A DNA stretch of 50,008 nucleotides, taken from positions 1-50,008 of IMG/VR virus record IMGVR_UViG_3300042923_001831; one strand, given 5' to 3'. The translations under genes were made by a program, and so were the position numbers. The notes beneath the pieces were generated by a model that saw only the letters and a program-made list of their open reading frames with translations, had not been told where the DNA came from and searched no databases. This DNA is from a virus (Duplodnaviria; Caudoviricetes). Below are positions 34,506-44,255 of this stretch, in pieces; position 1 is the first letter of the stretch; the number at the start of each line of letters is the position of its first letter.

Positions 34506-35086
34506 TGTTTGACCTTCTCCTTTTTAGGTTTTTTTGGTTCTGGATTAATAATGGTTTGAATAACTTCATTTTGATAAGACGTTAGCAATCCAAATTCTCC
34601 GTTTAAGGTAAAAGTTAAATCAAGAGCAATCTTGGCTAATATGTAAGCATCAACCACGTTGTCACTTTTGTGCAAAAATCCATAATGTTCATTTACTGCC
34701 TTCATAACCGCTACTTTCTTTTGTGGTCCTGTTAGGCGCTTCTTGCTCCCTTTTTCTCCTGTCCAGCCTGAAACATTCACGAATTTTTTTACGGCATTTG
34801 GAGCTACTTCGTAATATTTAAGCTTACGTTTGAAAAGCTCATTTCTAATGCCGTGGTGCAGTCCACCAGCAAACATCGCTCGTTGTGTGTCATATGGGAA
34901 GCCTTCAATGCAAATAACGTCTCCAGGTCTAACATGAGCGATTACTTCGTCAATTAAGGTAATCATTCTTTTTGGATCTACATCTCCTATACCAGTGAGC
35001 TCTTTGGCACGAACAACATTCCCACTCTCGTCCAGTGCAACGAATCCTGTTTTTGTAGATGGATCAATTCCGACAAAGCGCATCAT
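34502..35086 (-). CDS. RuvC-like Holliday junction resolvase
   Basis: 'FVGIDPSTKTG', 'CIEG', 'PNAVKKF', 'DNVVDAY'; AGGAGG RBS. Confidence 0.85.
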   Translation of the reverse strand: MMRFVGIDPSTKTGFVALDESGNVVRAKELTGIGDVDPKRMITLIDEVIAHVRPGDVICIEGFPYDTQRAMFAGGLHHGIRNELFKRKLKYYEVAPNAVKKFVNVSGWTGEKGSKKRLTGPQKKVAVMKAVNEHYGFLHKSDNVVDAYILAKIALDLTFTLNGEFGLLTSYQNEVIQTIINPEPKKPKKEKVKQ

Positions 35087-35195
35087 TTCTCCTCCTTTGC
35101 AATTCATCTGCAGCTGCATAACGTTCTGCCATTCTATTGTTTTCATTAGTAGCGATTTCATAGAGTTGTTGATTTGTAGCTTTAAAGAATTACAT
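35064..35195 (-). pseudogene. Small phage ORF with stop at codon 2
   Basis: GAGGA RBS then ATG TAA FFKATNQQLYEIA...AADELQRRR. Confidence 0.4.
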
Positions 35196-35448
35196 AGATA
35201 TTAATCCTCAGTTTCTTCAGAATTTAATAACACTATAAGAATCATTATGTTGGGAATTGAATGTAATATTTTGTGAAAAACATCAATTTTCATGGAAGAA
35301 AAATGTATTACCTTTGAATTTCCATTTATTTTTAGTGGTCTTTTGTATAAAAAAGTTGTTTACTTTTGCTTTTTACCTAATATAATGATTCTTATATTGG
35401 GAATCCCTTCCCTACATTGTTGAATTACAACACATTCATCATTTGAGA

Positions 35449-35574
35449 CTAAAAAGACACAGATTTCTTTTTAATGCCGCTATTACAAGTGTGGCAAACA
35501 CGTTTATGTTCACTGACAGTTGTTTTTTTCAAAGGGAAATTTTTAAAACATATACTGCAACTGACTAATTTCAT
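35449..35574 (-). CDS. 41-aa CxxC...CxxC zinc-finger peptide
   Basis: ATGA overlap with helicase stop; CSIC...CHTC. Confidence 0.55.
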   Translation of the reverse strand: MKLVSCSICFKNFPLKKTTVSEHKRVCHTCNSGIKKKSVSF

Positions 35575-36869
35575 TGTTGTTTCACTTCCTTCGGTATCTC
35601 TTGGAATTTCTGCTTCCAGTTCAGGAAAAGTAACTTGAATTCATTTACCCCAATATCTCTTCCTTTAGCGAAGGTTTGATTGACAATCTTACCTTGTGAA
35701 GTTGTTTCGCCCTCACTCCATAGGAATTCAACCACATCTGCATCTTGTTCAATGGAGCTTGATTCTTTTAGATCAGAGAGTTGCGGACGTCCTCTTTTTT
35801 CTGAATCCCTCGTCATTTGTGATAACATCATGAAGCAGCAGTTCATATCCATTGCGATTTGTTTCGCTTGTCCAGTTACACGCCCAATAGCAAGTGCTCT
35901 AGTATCTCCTTTAGTTTGAGGAATACTCATAATCTGAAGGTAATCCACTACAATCATGGCAACCTTGCCGTATTTCTTTTTAAACTGCTTTGCCGTTGCT
36001 CTTATTTCATCGATGGTTACGCCTGAGCTATCTTGCATAAAGATTGGTAAATATTCAAAGTTGTCATAAGCTCTATCAAGCAAAGCTTGTTCTGCTGTAT
36101 CTAGTTTTTTCATTTTGATTTTTTGAAAAGGAATTCCAGTTACAGCTGACAACATACGATCCTTTAATGAATTCCTTTTCATCTCTTGGCTCCACACCAA
36201 CACAACACCTTGCTTTTGTTGAGCTACTCCAAATATCCTTTGTAAGGCAATTGCAGTTTTACCTACTGAAGGACGTCCAGCACTTATAAAAAGCCAACCT
36301 CTCCATAAACCTTGAGCCCATTTATCAAACTCTGAGAAACCTGTTGTAATGTACTCTGCTGGTGTTTTAAGGTGTAGGTAGTATTCATCCTTTGTCTCTG
36401 AAAAACTAAGCATTTTAGAGTTACCCTCTGGTCGAATTTCTGTCACGAGTGCTTCAATGTATGAAAAATACTCTTCATCCGATTCATAATCATCACGGGA
36501 CATTCCTTTAATAATTTCAACCATATTTTTAGTTCTACGTTCAAAGGCTTTTGACCGAATGATTTCTGCATAATATTTTGCATTGGCTGCGCTTGGACAT
36601 GAAGCTGCTAGTTGTGAGAAGTAGGAAACTCCCCCTTCATCCATACGCCCGCCTTTCATATAGGTTTCTGTTACAGTGATAATATCAATTGGCTTTCCTT
36701 TTTCTTCTAGCCATCTCATAACCTTGTAAATTTCTTGATGTTTAGGAATATAAAAATCTCTTTCTTCTAGAAAAGTAAATTCATCCAAAACACCTGAATC
36801 AAGAAACACTGCTCCAAGTACAGATTGTTCAGCTTCTACAGCTGTCTCAGCTTCCCCAATCGAAATCAT
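35571..36869 (-). CDS. dnaB: Replicative DnaB-family helicase
   Basis: 'EAEQSVLGA', 'GRPSVGKT', 'VVDYLQIM', 'LSDLKESSSIEQDAD'. Confidence 0.95.
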   Translation of the reverse strand: MISIGEAETAVEAEQSVLGAVFLDSGVLDEFTFLEERDFYIPKHQEIYKVMRWLEEKGKPIDIITVTETYMKGGRMDEGGVSYFSQLAASCPSAANAKYYAEIIRSKAFERRTKNMVEIIKGMSRDDYESDEEYFSYIEALVTEIRPEGNSKMLSFSETKDEYYLHLKTPAEYITTGFSEFDKWAQGLWRGWLFISAGRPSVGKTAIALQRIFGVAQQKQGVVLVWSQEMKRNSLKDRMLSAVTGIPFQKIKMKKLDTAEQALLDRAYDNFEYLPIFMQDSSGVTIDEIRATAKQFKKKYGKVAMIVVDYLQIMSIPQTKGDTRALAIGRVTGQAKQIAMDMNCCFMMLSQMTRDSEKRGRPQLSDLKESSSIEQDADVVEFLWSEGETTSQGKIVNQTFAKGRDIGVNEFKLLFLNWKQKFQEIPKEVKQQ

Positions 36870-37635
36870 CCGGATTGCCTCCATCTGCTAGGAATTTTTG
36901 AAACTCAATATCTTTAACCCGTGGATCTGCTTGTTTTTTTGTTACTGGTTGCTTAGGCTTTTGAGAAGCCTTCATTTTAATAGCTAGATCACTAAATTTT
37001 TCACGAAACTTTTTAGCAGAAAGAACATTAGTCTTCCAGAAAGAATCAGTCGTAACCCAATCCATTACTTCTTTAGCCAATCTCTTGTCCACTTCATCAA
37101 TTTCAAGGAGCTTCCTGAAATCATCCGCCCAGGATTGAAGATTAGCTTTTTTAACCAAATGTTCAACACCAGCCTCTTTTGCAACAGCTGATACATTCTC
37201 ATGAAAATAATTGGCCATTTTAAAATAAGTGCTGTCCTCGGCATACGTTTTTTGTTTACGACTTCTAGTTTCCTTTATTTCTTTATGCACTTCTTTTTTA
37301 GTACCAGAAACCTCTGTAGCACGTCCTTGCCATTCGTCGTAATTTTTATTAAAACTCAATATCCTTCCCCTCCTGGGACCAATCCCAACAACACTAACAA
37401 TCTTGCGGTCTATTAAAGTTGTAAGCTCTTTAACAACATGGCTTTTTGTGCTGTTAATGGCTTCTGCTAAGTAGGTTAGAGCCATTTCGTATTCCTTCCG
37501 GCTGAATCCATATGTATAGCGCCATATCACCATGATTATTCGCATTTGTGTGCCGTTGAGATCCGTCTTAGAAATTTGCTCGATGATCTCGTTGGCAATC
37601 CGTGTATGACCTTTTTCAATTTGTGGGTTTGCCAT
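36847..37635 (-). CDS. Lambda O-like phage replication initiator
   Basis: 'MANPQIEKGHTRIANE', 'IWRYTYGF', 'FNKNYDEW', C-terminal 'FWKTNVLSAKKFREKF'. Confidence 0.9.
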   Translation of the reverse strand: MANPQIEKGHTRIANEIIEQISKTDLNGTQMRIIMVIWRYTYGFSRKEYEMALTYLAEAINSTKSHVVKELTTLIDRKIVSVVGIGPRRGRILSFNKNYDEWQGRATEVSGTKKEVHKEIKETRSRKQKTYAEDSTYFKMANYFHENVSAVAKEAGVEHLVKKANLQSWADDFRKLLEIDEVDKRLAKEVMDWVTTDSFWKTNVLSAKKFREKFSDLAIKMKASQKPKQPVTKKQADPRVKDIEFQKFLADGGNPDDFDWGS

Positions 37636-37652
37636 GAGTTATCATCCATTCT

Positions 37653-38057
37653 TTAGACTTTCTCTTTTCCTCTTAAAATTTGAATAGCTTCACTGGAAGC
37701 AGATAAACCAATGCTTAAGGCCGATACGTAGAATTCAAGTTTTTCGATTTCTGCATTTTTCTTAACCAGTTGCTTGGACATATTTGTAACTAGTTCAATC
37801 GCTCTATCCTTTTCTCCAGATAATTTTTCAAGTTTAGCAAGATGGACTTGTTCGATTGCTTGGACTTCTTTTTCCGTGAATGTTTTTTTATCTTCAAGCT
37901 CAATAAATAACAAAGGATTACCAACTAAAATTGTCCCCTTATGTGGATCTTCGATTGCTTGATAAGATACTCTCTCTTCAGTATCTTTTAATTTTCTGAC
38001 TGGAATAATGGTGCCTTTGCCAATTCGGTCAACATTTCCTAAAAGTTTTATTCTCAT
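37653..38057 (-). CDS. Hypothetical protein with C-terminal coiled coil
   Basis: ORF in operon, GAGGTGG RBS. Confidence 0.65.
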   Translation of the reverse strand: MRIKLLGNVDRIGKGTIIPVRKLKDTEERVSYQAIEDPHKGTILVGNPLLFIELEDKKTFTEKEVQAIEQVHLAKLEKLSGEKDRAIELVTNMSKQLVKKNAEIEKLEFYVSALSIGLSASSEAIQILRGKEKV

Positions 38058-38061
38058 ATAG

Positions 38062-38805
38062 TTAAACCACCTCAATCTTGTAATCTATTCCAGCTTTAAA
38101 ACCTTTCTTAGCTAGTGCTCTTTTAACCGTCATTTCAGCAAGCGCAGGCATGTTATTTGAGCTCGATAAGTGTGTAAGGTATATTTGCTCTCCCGTGCCT
38201 GTAATGAGCCTAGAAAGGGCTCCTGCGGTCTGTTCGTTTGATAAATGCCCTACGTGGGAAAGCACCCTAGCTTTTACACTGTCTGGATAGTTCGAAACCT
38301 CAACCATGTTGGGCTCGTGATTTGCTTCAATAACATAAATATTTGAGTATTCCATGGTAGTGATCATCTCTGAATCAACATGACCCGTGTCTAGGCAAAC
38401 GGAACATTTATATCCGTTATTGTCCGAAATGACGTAGCCAACCGAATCATAAGCATCATGGTGTGTCTTAAAGGATTCAATGAAAAAGTACTCGAGTAAA
38501 ATGTCGTGACCTGATTTGAAAGGTCTTTTTAATTCACCATCTACACCTTGTATGGACTTCCATTCACCTTCAGCTGCATAGACTGGTATTTTATATTTGT
38601 TGGCCAGGGAAATTCCTTTAATATGGTCTGAATGCGCATGAGTCACTAAAATCGCAAATATAGAATCCGGACGAATTCCAACATCCAGTAATCGCTTCTC
38701 TATTTTTGTCTTAGCTATTCCACAATCCACTAGAATGGTAGTTTCAGATGACTGGACGGCAATTAAATTGCCGCCAGATCCACTAGCCAGTATCTTAACT
38801 TCCAT
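38062..38805 (-). CDS. MBL-fold metallo-hydrolase (YycJ/WalJ-like nuclease)
   Basis: 'LASGSGGN', 'THAHSDH', 'EANH', 'GHLSN', 'HLS'. Confidence 0.92.
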   Translation of the reverse strand: MEVKILASGSGGNLIAVQSSETTILVDCGIAKTKIEKRLLDVGIRPDSIFAILVTHAHSDHIKGISLANKYKIPVYAAEGEWKSIQGVDGELKRPFKSGHDILLEYFFIESFKTHHDAYDSVGYVISDNNGYKCSVCLDTGHVDSEMITTMEYSNIYVIEANHEPNMVEVSNYPDSVKARVLSHVGHLSNEQTAGALSRLITGTGEQIYLTHLSSSNNMPALAEMTVKRALAKKGFKAGIDYKIEVV

Positions 38806-39328
38806 AGGGTTCACCACCTAAGTTCTCATTAGAAAAGGGTAGGTATTTCTTTCTTGCTTTAGAAGCCGCTAAAGATGCTTCCTCTTTTGTATCAAAATAA
38901 CCAAAATGAAGTTGTTTTCCTTTAAAATTCACATATGCTCTCCATCTAGAATCCCGACTAAACCAAGCAATACCCCGCAGATTACTTTTCGTATGCTTCC
39001 TTGTTATTACTTGATTTTGATTGTTTTGGCCACGTGTCAACAACCTCAGATTAGATTTGCAGTTATCTAACTTGTCACCATTAATATGATCAACGTCCAA
39101 TCCATTAGGAGCATCCATAATTACTCGGTGCAACCTGATGTATGGTTTGCCTTTTTTAATACACGTTCTTGCATATCCTGTATCGCTTAAAAACCAAGTA
39201 TTTGGAAATGCTTTAATATTGTCTAAAACCGCTGTATCGATAATTGTTTCTAAGGTTTTCCCTTTATGCGTCATAAAAATTGCGGTAACACTCCCGCGGA
39301 TTTCATAGGCATTTTTCAAACTACTCAC
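38795..39328 (-). CDS. HNH homing endonuclease with AP2 domain
   Basis: 'LHRVIM...VDHINGDKLDNCKSNLR', 'WRAYV...HFGYFDTKEEA'. Confidence 0.92.
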   Translation of the reverse strand: MSSLKNAYEIRGSVTAIFMTHKGKTLETIIDTAVLDNIKAFPNTWFLSDTGYARTCIKKGKPYIRLHRVIMDAPNGLDVDHINGDKLDNCKSNLRLLTRGQNNQNQVITRKHTKSNLRGIAWFSRDSRWRAYVNFKGKQLHFGYFDTKEEASLAASKARKKYLPFSNENLGGEPYGS

Positions 39329-40240
39329 CTACTCTAGAGAATCGTCTGAGGAAGCCTGGGCTTCGTTCATATAGATGTGCATTTCAATAATGTTTAAGAG
39401 ACCTGTTAATTGAGCAAGTGTTGGTTTATCTCCCATTTGTGGAGCATTTCGAGCGATATAAGCTGCTGTTGCCTCTTTGCCTTCAATTCCTATTTGTTTA
39501 AGTTTTTTTGTGATATCTGACCGAAGTTTTTTAACCTGCTTTTCCTCTTCACTTTGTTCTGGTTTAGGTTGGATAGGTGCATCGATAATTTCCTGGTTAG
39601 GAGTAATATCTCTTCTTTGATGTGGTTTGTATTCTGGAATACCGTTGTCCGGTTCACCAGAAATTATAGTTTCGTCTTCAAATTCAAGGCCATATTGCTT
39701 TTTTAAGGCACGTTGTTGAACATGCTTGCCGAACATATCAGCAGTCCATTTATTCCAGTTATCTTTGTTTTGGCCAGTGAACATATGAGCGATTTCTTCA
39801 ACATCCATTACCACGGTCACTGGACGATAGCCTTCACGGTAAGCAACACTATAGGCTCCAATAATTTTCCCTCGAGGGAATCCAATTTCGTGTGTTATGA
39901 CTTCAAGTTCTTTTGTTTCAGGATTCCTTGCCATTTTAAATTCATCATTTTCATGAACCATTTGAGTATCTGGTGCTTGAAAGCCTTCTTGTTCACGAGC
40001 TTTCGAAAGATAAGCTTCAGCAGCAAATTGGATTCGGGCTTGTTGACCATATTTAATAAAAAATATTTCATTTTTGAAAGGATCTAAACCATATGAAGCT
40101 GCTTTGTGTACGAATAACAGAAATTCAGTATCAGTAGCTGTTGGTGCAATTGAAGTACGAATAACTTCTAATACAGCTGGTGAGAATGCTTCGTTAATTT
40201 CAGGTGTTAAAGCTAAATTGCTAATTTGATTTTTAGACAT
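39329..40240 (-). CDS. recT: RecT/Bet-family single-strand annealing recombinase
   Basis: 'GLDPFKNEIFFIKY', 'IIGAY', 'W..W..DM..K'; GGAGG RBS before MSKNQ. Confidence 0.85.
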   Translation of the reverse strand: MSKNQISNLALTPEINEAFSPAVLEVIRTSIAPTATDTEFLLFVHKAASYGLDPFKNEIFFIKYGQQARIQFAAEAYLSKAREQEGFQAPDTQMVHENDEFKMARNPETKELEVITHEIGFPRGKIIGAYSVAYREGYRPVTVVMDVEEIAHMFTGQNKDNWNKWTADMFGKHVQQRALKKQYGLEFEDETIISGEPDNGIPEYKPHQRRDITPNQEIIDAPIQPKPEQSEEEKQVKKLRSDITKKLKQIGIEGKEATAAYIARNAPQMGDKPTLAQLTGLLNIIEMHIYMNEAQASSDDSLE

Positions 40241-40259
40241 TTTTATTCCTCCCGGGCTA

Positions 40260-40412
40260 TTAAGCCAATAAATATTTTGTGTCACCAGTAACACGATGGA
40301 TTAAAACCATTTGGTGAGTTTCATTTTTAACAATCAACCAATCCTTAGGATCTAATCCTTGCGATTGAATGAATTTAGACTGGTTTTTGGTTGGCTTTTT
40401 ACCGCTTTTCAC
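40260..40412 (-). CDS. 50-aa conserved phage protein (DUF6906-like; not in ORF track)
   Basis: GTG start overlapping upstream stop; MKSGKKPTKNQ...GLDPKDWLIVK...IHRVTG. Confidence 0.7.
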   Translation of the reverse strand: MKSGKKPTKNQSKFIQSQGLDPKDWLIVKNETHQMVLIHRVTGDTKYLLA

Positions 40413-41926
40413 GAAGCTTTCACCTCAATCCTTAGTTCCTCACCAGCTACAACCCTACTTGTTATTAGTTGTCCTGTTGGCTTTTTATAGCTTGTAATCG
40501 ATTCAGCATTATCGATAAAACTCGGAACAATCACACCACTTTGCTGAGATAGAACTTCACGCAATTCCAAACCTGCACGGATCCCTTCTGAAAGAGAAAG
40601 CTTGCTATAATCTTTTCCGTCCATCTGGACCTCGAAATCTGGCTTAAATTCACCATCACCTTTGTTTTGTTTAAATAGCCTGATAGATAAAGTGGTGAAT
40701 AGGGCTTGTACTTTTTCAGCCTGTAATTCTGCCTCTTTTGCGCGGAATACTTTCACACTATCCAGGACAAAGATGGAATCATTTAAAGATTTTAGGACCT
40801 CATTTTCAGCTTGTTTAGCAGCATCAATTTCGTCCTGAAGCTTCCCATAAGTTGAAATGCTAGAGTAAGCAATTAGTAGTTCTTGTCGCTGATCAGTCAG
40901 TTTACGGACATTTTCAATCTGTTCAGAAACATCGACATATTCCATTTCTTGAAGTTGTGCTTTTACTTCATCACGCTGCTTAATCAGTTCGTTATGATTT
41001 TCTTTATACTGTTCAATTCGGTTTACTTTATCGGCTTTAACTGCTTCAACTGAATTGTCATCCAGAGGACGTTTGCAAGTTCTGCAGGTATCTTCAATGG
41101 CCTCGTTCTTAAGTGCTGGCCAACGTACTTTGGACTTTTCAATTTGGTCCTGTAACACTCGTAATCTAGATTGAGTATTGTTATATTCTTGATTTCTATC
41201 ACTTGCTGAATCTATAACACTATTTATCTCCTTGATTTGCTTATCAAATTGGGCGATTTCAGCCTTTAAAGAATCTGCAGGTACATTAACACTCGATAAG
41301 TTATTTAACTGTTCCTGAAGTGTTTTTGTTCGGCTCTGCGCGGCAATATATTCTTTATCCTTTTTGTTCTTGTTATCCTTATGAATTTTCTCGAAGTCAT
41401 CTAAAGAGTGCTTTTTAAGTAACGTTCCTAGCTTGTCAGCTTGTAGCTCAGGTAAATGCTTCAGTATCTCTTTATTTGCTGGAGCCGTTACATACTGCAG
41501 CAACATGGACCGTTGTTTATCCCATTTCAAAGTAAAAAAATAGTCTGGATTGAATAAGGAGAAAAACAGATCTTTATCGAATAACTGAGATACTAAATCG
41601 TTGAATTCGGTAGCCTTGGATGGAACCCCATTTATGTAGAACTCGGCTTTGCCTTTCTTTTGTCCACGACCTAGAAGGACAGATTTTCCATTAACCTCTA
41701 ATAGAAGTTGTACTAAGGTTTCATCACCTACATAAGTTAATGGAGTTGGGTCCATCTTGCTTCCCAACGTGTCATTCGAGTACAATAACCATGTAACAGC
41801 TTCACCAATCGAGCTCTTACCTTTCCCATTGTCACCAGTGATCTCTGTCATCTCGCCAAAGTTAACAGTGAGATCCTGGTGATTTTTAAAGTTTTGTAGT
41901 TTAAGAGATATAAAATTTATTGACAT
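40409..41926 (-). CDS. SMC/SbcC-like AAA ATPase
   Basis: 'LQNFK', Walker A 'GDNGKGKS', coiled coil with CxxC, 'LSLSE', 'FIDNAESI'. Confidence 0.9.
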   Translation of the reverse strand: MSINFISLKLQNFKNHQDLTVNFGEMTEITGDNGKGKSSIGEAVTWLLYSNDTLGSKMDPTPLTYVGDETLVQLLLEVNGKSVLLGRGQKKGKAEFYINGVPSKATEFNDLVSQLFDKDLFFSLFNPDYFFTLKWDKQRSMLLQYVTAPANKEILKHLPELQADKLGTLLKKHSLDDFEKIHKDNKNKKDKEYIAAQSRTKTLQEQLNNLSSVNVPADSLKAEIAQFDKQIKEINSVIDSASDRNQEYNNTQSRLRVLQDQIEKSKVRWPALKNEAIEDTCRTCKRPLDDNSVEAVKADKVNRIEQYKENHNELIKQRDEVKAQLQEMEYVDVSEQIENVRKLTDQRQELLIAYSSISTYGKLQDEIDAAKQAENEVLKSLNDSIFVLDSVKVFRAKEAELQAEKVQALFTTLSIRLFKQNKGDGEFKPDFEVQMDGKDYSKLSLSEGIRAGLELREVLSQQSGVIVPSFIDNAESITSYKKPTGQLITSRVVAGEELRIEVKAS

Positions 41927-41938
41927 GTAAGTCCCTCC

Positions 41939-42172
41939 TTATTCACCTGCAGTTTTACAAACCGCCATTTCTCCAACATAACTCATACAACAACTACCAT
42001 TTTGATGAACCCAAACGGTTTCGCCGTGAACATCCTGAAATTCATACACTTCTTCACCCTCAGTGATGTCTTCCTGGCATCCAACACAATCACCCAATAC
42101 CTTTGGCTCTTGCTCCTTATGTGTCCAAAGCAAGTCATTGACCATTGGATTTTCTACTGGCACTATTCTCAC
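41939..42172 (-). CDS. Small Cys-rich phage protein
   Basis: 'CVGCQEDI..GE', 'H...CC'. Confidence 0.65.
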   Translation of the reverse strand: MRIVPVENPMVNDLLWTHKEQEPKVLGDCVGCQEDITEGEEVYEFQDVHGETVWVHQNGSCCMSYVGEMAVCKTAGE

Positions 42173-42323
42173 CTCTATTCTTTTTAGGCTGATTAAAATT
42201 AGAATCAGTTAAGTTTGCAAAAACGGCTTCCGTTGGCATCTTAGTAGGAACGATTGGGTGCTTAGCAATATAAGCCAACCTCTCTTCTTCGGACATATAC
42301 CATACCGTCACTTTTCCAAGCAT
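42135..42323 (-). CDS. Small conserved phage protein
   Basis: AGGAGG RBS before MLGKVTVWYMSEEERLAYIAKHP. Confidence 0.65.
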   Translation of the reverse strand: MLGKVTVWYMSEEERLAYIAKHPIVPTKMPTEAVFANLTDSNFNQPKKNRGENSASRKSNGQ

Positions 42324-42334
42324 GAAGTTTCCTC

Positions 42335-42418
42335 CTATTTGCGTTTTGATGCTGCATAGATTGCTATTAGACGTTCCTGTACTGTCATTGATAGCCACTG
42401 TTTTGGTTTGATTTTCAT
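42335..42418 (-). CDS. 27-aa basic peptide
   Basis: AAGGAGGTGA RBS; MKIKPKQWLSMTVQERLIAIYAASKRK. Confidence 0.55.
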   Translation of the reverse strand: MKIKPKQWLSMTVQERLIAIYAASKRK

Positions 42419-42449
42419 CTGTCTCACCTCCTTCAAAAGTAAAGGGTTA

Positions 42450-42584
42450 TTAATCTTGTGGATTCTCAATCATGTAACCTATCGTGACAACTTCCCGTAA
42501 GCTAGTAGAATAATCAACGGAAACAAGCTTTGTTTGTAGGTCTCCATCTGCTACATAATCTATAAGTTCTTTACTGAATTTCAT
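42450..42584 (-). CDS. 44-aa hypothetical protein
   Basis: GGGGAGGT RBS; MKFSKELIDYVADGD... Confidence 0.5.
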   Translation of the reverse strand: MKFSKELIDYVADGDLQTKLVSVDYSTSLREVVTIGYMIENPQD

Positions 42585-43380
42585 AAGGCTGACCTCCCCT
42601 CATCAGGCTACTAGAACATTTATAGCTAACCCCTTTTAGGAATTTATTAATGAAATACTGTTGCCCTCTACCGGTTACCTTGGTAGTCTTTGATACCGTC
42701 ACATGACCATCTGAATGAGTAACTGCAGTTTCTTTAACTTCGAACAAGCCTAGTTCCATCGCCCGTTGAGAAGGGCTGTTATAATCTGTTCCTTTTCGTC
42801 TAATGAGGTATCCCTTTTCCCTTAACTCTTCATACAAGCGGTTTTGACCTGTGGGGTAACCATTTTGTTTAAGTATTTTTGCTAGTTCCCCAATTAAGAT
42901 GGATGTTTTTGACGCGCTAACAGCATCAGCGAATATCACTTTTGGTTTATCCATCTGAATCTGTTGCTCAGCTACAATCCGTTTTTGCTTTTCATCCTTC
43001 AATGCTGTGATGACACCAATTATGTAATCTGGATCGTTGAGCGTTTTTTCTAAAACATCATCCGTCATGTATGCACCATGTTTACGGATTGTTGGTAATA
43101 CCTCATGTGTGACCCACCGCTTGAATTGTTTTGCTTCGGGTTTCTTACTTCCGAGAATTAATGAATATAACCCTGCTTCATTTACAATATTTGTTTCACC
43201 CTGACGACCTAGATTGAACCTAGACCGTTCATCTTCATCTAATCTTTTTAATGCATCAGTGGGATTTTTTATTTCCAAAACCTCACAAACATCTTTTGCA
43301 ACAAACCAAGGTTCGTTGTTTAATAGAATTGTTCTTACTTGGTTTGCACCGAATTGAAAAACTTTTGAAATTTGATTCAT
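42571..43380 (-). CDS. Phage antirepressor (BRO-N + KilAC/ANT)
   Basis: 'EPWFVAKDVC', 'VLPTIRKHGAY', 'KPKVIFADAV', 'TKVTGRGQQYF'. Confidence 0.93.
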   Translation of the reverse strand: MNQISKVFQFGANQVRTILLNNEPWFVAKDVCEVLEIKNPTDALKRLDEDERSRFNLGRQGETNIVNEAGLYSLILGSKKPEAKQFKRWVTHEVLPTIRKHGAYMTDDVLEKTLNDPDYIIGVITALKDEKQKRIVAEQQIQMDKPKVIFADAVSASKTSILIGELAKILKQNGYPTGQNRLYEELREKGYLIRRKGTDYNSPSQRAMELGLFEVKETAVTHSDGHVTVSKTTKVTGRGQQYFINKFLKGVSYKCSSSLMRGGQPYEIQ

Positions 43381-43530
43381 ACATTCCCCTTCTTTCGACA
43401 ACATTTACAACTTAATAACCTACCAAACTAGGTATTTCGTAACACTTCACCGGCAATCTACTAATATCGACAACATTTTTCGCCATCAAGTCTAAAAAAA
43501 GTGAGGTTATTCACCTCTTTGTCGAATACC

Positions 43531-43650
43531 TTATGAACTTTTCTTTTCTTCTCTATCTAGCTTAGATTGCTTAGCAACATGACGTAACACACCAGGCTTT
43601 AACCACTTATCGACAGCTGCTGCTAATTTGTCAGCTGGTACCTTTATCAC
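43531..43650 (-). CDS. 39-aa hypothetical protein
   Basis: AAGGAGG RBS, GTG start; MIKVPADKLAAAVDKWLKPG... Confidence 0.5.
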   Translation of the reverse strand: MIKVPADKLAAAVDKWLKPGVLRHVAKQSKLDREEKKSS

Positions 43651-43668
43651 GGCAATCGCCTCCTTGCT

Positions 43669-43968
43669 TTATTGTATGTTGGCCCGATTGTCCGTTATTT
43701 CTGATATCCTTCCTATTTTTCGTCCAGCACGGATTAGTTTTCTTATGCCACTTTGAACATCAGAAAATTTCATGTATTGATAAAACATCTTGTTGTTTTC
43801 AATATCTAAAAACTTAAAAACAGGATCAGCAATAAATCTATCTAATTCTGCATACATTGGGCGCATTAATTCGTTTAAATAGACATATCTTTCATGAAAA
43901 CGGCTATATTCGATTTCTACTTCCCTAAGAGCTCCTTCCAAATCCAACTCTTCAAATTTAAATTCCAT
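43669..43968 (-). CDS. Hypothetical early protein
   Basis: ORF in cro operon. Confidence 0.6.
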   Translation of the reverse strand: MEFKFEELDLEGALREVEIEYSRFHERYVYLNELMRPMYAELDRFIADPVFKFLDIENNKMFYQYMKFSDVQSGIRKLIRAGRKIGRISEITDNRANIQ

Positions 43969-43972
43969 AAAA

Positions 43973-44218
43973 TCACTTCCCAACAATGATTTTTACTTTT
44001 GGAGATTCATCCGGTTTAACTAGCACTGGTTGAAGGCAATCCTGAATCATATTCAAAATACTTTTTGCAATCTCGACTTCTTTATCCGAATAATAACTTC
44101 CATCATTTTCAGCAACAGCTTTCAGATAACCAACTGAGTGCCATAATGCTGACTTACAACAATCAATGATTAATTCACGGTCTTGATTGCGATAATCGAT
44201 TTTTATTTCCATGAACAT
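43973..44218 (-). CDS. Hypothetical early protein
   Basis: AAGGAGG RBS. Confidence 0.65.
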   Translation of the reverse strand: MFMEIKIDYRNQDRELIIDCCKSALWHSVGYLKAVAENDGSYYSDKEVEIAKSILNMIQDCLQPVLVKPDESPKVKIIVGK

Positions 44219-44255
44219 TCCTCCTTATTTATTAAATTGGGAAAGATAAGTAAAA

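Noticed and set aside
35350-35450. Second plus-strand sRNA (TATAAT at 35381, pyrimidine-rich tract)
   Set aside because: No clear terminator; promoter-like matches are common in such AT-rich DNA
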